Assembly (NCBI GenBank): GCA_963737265.1
Contig: CAVTRY010000013.1
Span: 448,001 to 512,000, forward strand
DNA: 64,000 nucleotides
Reading direction: 5' to 3'
From: an uncultured delta proteobacterium
Lineage (GTDB): Bacteria; Myxococcota_A; Polyangia; Fen-1088
Shown here in pieces: positions 61,486 to 64,000 of the stretch. The notes beneath the pieces are model-generated. The model saw only the letters and a list, made by a program, of their open reading frames with translations. It was not told where the DNA came from and made no database searches. How positions within the stretch are numbered: position 1 is the stretch's first letter; each line of letters opens with the position of its first letter. A program made the translations under genes and the position numbers.

Positions 61486-64000
61486 ATGAAGCGAGCACCG
61501 GAGTTGCGCACGGCTTGCGTGATGCTTGGAACTGTCTTAGGGCTCGTCGGCTGCGGGAGCGGCGACAACCCAGTCTTGCCTGTTTCAGCTCCTCCGCTCG
61601 ATGGCGACATCGGTGGGCGCGGTCTCGCAACCGTTCCGGACGCCGAGGTGCTGACAGCGCCCGAAGCGGGGACGCGGCAGGATGGGGCGGATGCGTCTCG
61701 ACAGAACGACGCTGTGGCGGATGCCGTGCCGGGGACTGATGCGTCCGAAGAACCAACCCAAGGACCTACCATGGTGGTGACAATCCGGAGCCCGCTTGCC
61801 GGTGCTGCCACTCCCGATGGGGGCGACGCCGATGCTCCCGTCGTCGCGAGGGCTGGCCGATTCGCTCCCCAGGTTAGCGTCGAAGTCCAGTCGCAAAGCA
61901 GCGATGCCACCGGCGACGTATTGGCGTCGGTCAAGGCGAGTTTGCTCACGATTTCGACCGGCAGCTCGGTTGCGGGTGCGAGTCTCAACCAAACCCAGTA
62001 CAACATCGTCCCGGAATCCAACACCAAGGTCTATCTCTATGCGGACACGCCGCTCGATCTCAGTGCGGTGCCCGGAGGTTTTTACGACTTGCAGGTTGTC
62101 GCCACTACCGCGGGCGGCAGCTCGGCCAGCGCGACGGTTCGCATTTTCGTGGACGCTGGCCCGGCCATCACCTTTTTGCAGCCCGCGGACGGCGCTTACG
62201 TCAAAGGATCCGTCGTGGTGACGGTGATCGTGGAAGACACGGCGTCGGGAGTAGTGGCGGTGGGCTTCTCCATCGGACAATACAAACTTGCTTCCTCGGC
62301 CATCACCGCCAGCGGCTCGCAGTACACGACCACCATCGATTTTGGTAGTTACAACCCACCGCTCGACGGCGATCAGATCGTCACGGTAAGCGCCACCAAC
62401 GGTCACGGCGTCACCTCGCTCGGCACGCGCAAGTTCACCGTCGACAACGTAGGCCCGACTATTTCTGGCACCCTGCCGGCCACGGGCGACCTCATCGGCA
62501 ACATCATCACCATTGCGGCCAAGGTCGATGACCCGGCCGGCGTCATGGATTCTTCGGTGGTTGCTGTCGTCGCGAACGGCGATATTCAATTCCAAGTGAA
62601 CCTGATCAAGGGCACGGACGGAACCTATCAGCAGCTCTTCGACACCACGCAACTTCCGATCTATGCCATTTTCCCGAGCATTTCTTTCCGCGCGCAGGAC
62701 GTTCTCGGAAATCAATCGTCGGTGGGCTATCTCGTATCGCTCGACAATACACCTCCCCTCATGGACCTCGATCCGCCCAACCACGTCCAACTCATCAAGA
62801 AAGACGGAACTTGCAGTTGGCCGCTCGATCCCGCGGGTCCGGACGCCATCGACGACGGCTCTGTCGTGACCCAGCTTTTCGACATTCGGGCGCGTGTGGA
62901 AGATCGAGGCAATACGCCACTCACGGGCTCCGCCGATTGGGTGCCTATTTCCGAGGTGGATCCCGCCAGCGTGAAGGTCTTGATCCTCGACGACGTTTCG
63001 TTGCCGCTGCTGGTGGACACATCGGATCCGCCGGACGGAATCTGCGACGCCGTCAACCCCGAGCTGGTGCCTTCGACCGATCCCCAGACCTCCAAGGATG
63101 CACAGCTGATCGACATGGTATCCCTGCCCGCCAATAGCGGCGCGGGAGATTTCACGCCCTTGCCGGGAGCGGCCTGCTCGGGCACCGACACCAATCCGCC
63201 AGTGGCGATTTGTGACTCGACCTATAGCGCCGTCAAGAATCAGGACGCGACCTACTGGCTCGGCTACTCCTTCAACCTGAGCCTGCCTTCGATCTGGACC
63301 ATCGCCCCGGTCGTCGGCGACGGGTATCAGTGCGCCGGGCGACAGTTCGACGCCTCCAACAATCTTCACGACGGCTGGGCCTGTGTCGCCGTGGAGGCCA
63401 GCGACAAGCTCGGCAACAAGCAGGTGTCGCGGCCCATTCGTATCTGCGTCGCGGCTCAACCCAACAGCACGGCTTGCACGCCCGCCGCCATGGGGGGAGC
63501 GGAGCTGGCCAGCGTCACGGTGCCGATTTCCTCGGGCCAGGTTCTCATCACGACGAAAACGGCGCTGGTTGGTTCCGGTGGCGCCCCGATCAAGCAAGGC
63601 GACACCCTGGTCTTGCCCAAGGTTGCGCCTGTGGCTCTAGCGGCAATCGACGGAACCCATGTTGTCAATCCCCAAGACGCCAGTGGAATGTCTTTCGCGA
63701 TTGCCGATCTGAATGCAGTTCCGATCGCTCTTTTCTTGGACAACCTGGACGGAAAGCCGCCCACCTTCAAGGGAAGCGTCGGCCTCGTGGCGCAAGCCGG
63801 AGAAGAGATCCAAGTTGTCACCGATTCGACGACGGCGCTGGATCCAAGTTTTGCCGGTAAGGTTATTCTCGGTAGGATCGTTCAATTAAACCGGAGTGGC
63901 CTGCCACCCTCGGGCGAGACGGGATGGGGCGTGAACAGTATTCAATCGACCGGCTTCAGCCTGACCAATTCCGCGGCCAGTTTATCGGGCAGTGTCATTC
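61486..64000 (+). CDS. Large Ig-like-repeat lipoprotein, 3'-truncated by window edge (absent from ORF track)
   Basis: AGGAG RBS, MKRAPELRTACVMLGTVLGLVGC lipobox; VDAGPAITF and VDNVGPTIS Ig-domain junctions; no in-frame stop noticed in the parts translated. Confidence 0.8.
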   Translation, partial: MKRAPELRTACVMLGTVLGLVGCGSGDNPVLPVSAPPLDGDIGGRGLATVPDAEVLTAPEAGTRQDGADASRQNDAVADAVPGTDASEEPTQGPTMVVTIRSPLAGAATPDGGDADAPVVARAGRFAPQVSVEVQSQSSDATGDVLASVKASLLTISTGSSVAGASLNQTQYNIVPESNTKVYLYADTPLDLSAVPGGFYDLQVVATTAGGSSASATVRIFVDAGPAITFLQPADGAYVKGSVVVTVIVEDTASGVVAVGFSIGQYKLASSAITASGSQYTTTIDFGSYNPPLDGDQIVTVSATNGHGVTSLGTRKFTVDNVGPTISGTLPATGDLIGNIITIAAKVDDPAGVMDSSVVAVVANGDIQFQVNLIKGTDGTYQQLFDTTQLPIYAIFPSISFRAQDVLGNQSSVGYLVSLDNTPPLMDLDPPNHVQLIKKDGTCSWPLDPAGPDAIDDGSVVTQLFDIRARVEDRGNTPLTGSADWVPISEVDPASVKVLILDDVSLPLLVDTSDPPDGICDAVNPELVPSTDPQTSKDAQLIDMVSLPANSGAGDFTPLPGAACSGTDTNPPVAICDSTYSAVKNQDATYWLGYSFNLSLPSIWTIAPVVGDGYQCAGRQFDASNNLHDGWACVAVEASDKLGNKQVSRPIRICVAAQPNSTACTPAAMGGAELASVTVPISSGQVLITTKTALVGSGGAPIKQGDTLVLPKVAPVALAAIDGTHVVNPQDASGMSFAIADLNAVPIALFLDNLDGKPPTFKGSVGLVAQAGEEIQVVTDSTTALDPSFAGKVILGRIVQLNRSGLPPSGETGWGVNSIQSTGFSLTNSAASLSGSVI

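Noticed and set aside
61585-63597. 670-aa minus-strand ORF
   Set aside because: Antisense shadow of the + strand lipoprotein, typical of high-GC DNA; no motifs.

Overview
High-GC bacterial DNA, most likely Myxococcota/Polyangia (MYXO-CTERM tail, Cys-rich lipoproteins, FecR/kinase operon; inference). Housekeeping blocks: tig-clpP-clpX-lon-tRNA-Ser x2; proS-pyrF-rlmB; acyP-trm112-like-PilZ; accD-folC. The main accessory element is an ~18 kb nitrogen-scavenging cluster (31.7-49.5 kb). It encodes a TrtA-type triuret hydrolase with an NCS2-like permease, urtABCDE with a porin, allophanate hydrolase AtzF, biuret hydrolase BiuH, an uncharacterised cupin and a full urease operon with fused gamma-beta subunit. 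Other items: a sigma54-preceded amt-usp-antiporter operon; a phd-vapC pair that looks like an integron gene cassette (attC site; no intI in the window) with an internally deleted second copy 10 kb away; intergenic mosaics of TA-gene fragments; an 836-bp tandem duplication; an 8-repeat zinc-ribbon protein; an Sm-like small protein; and a lipoprotein-kinase-FecR-barrel operon. Frameshifts in proS and a neighbouring gene suggest local sequencing indels. All family calls come from motif recognition by eye, not database searches.
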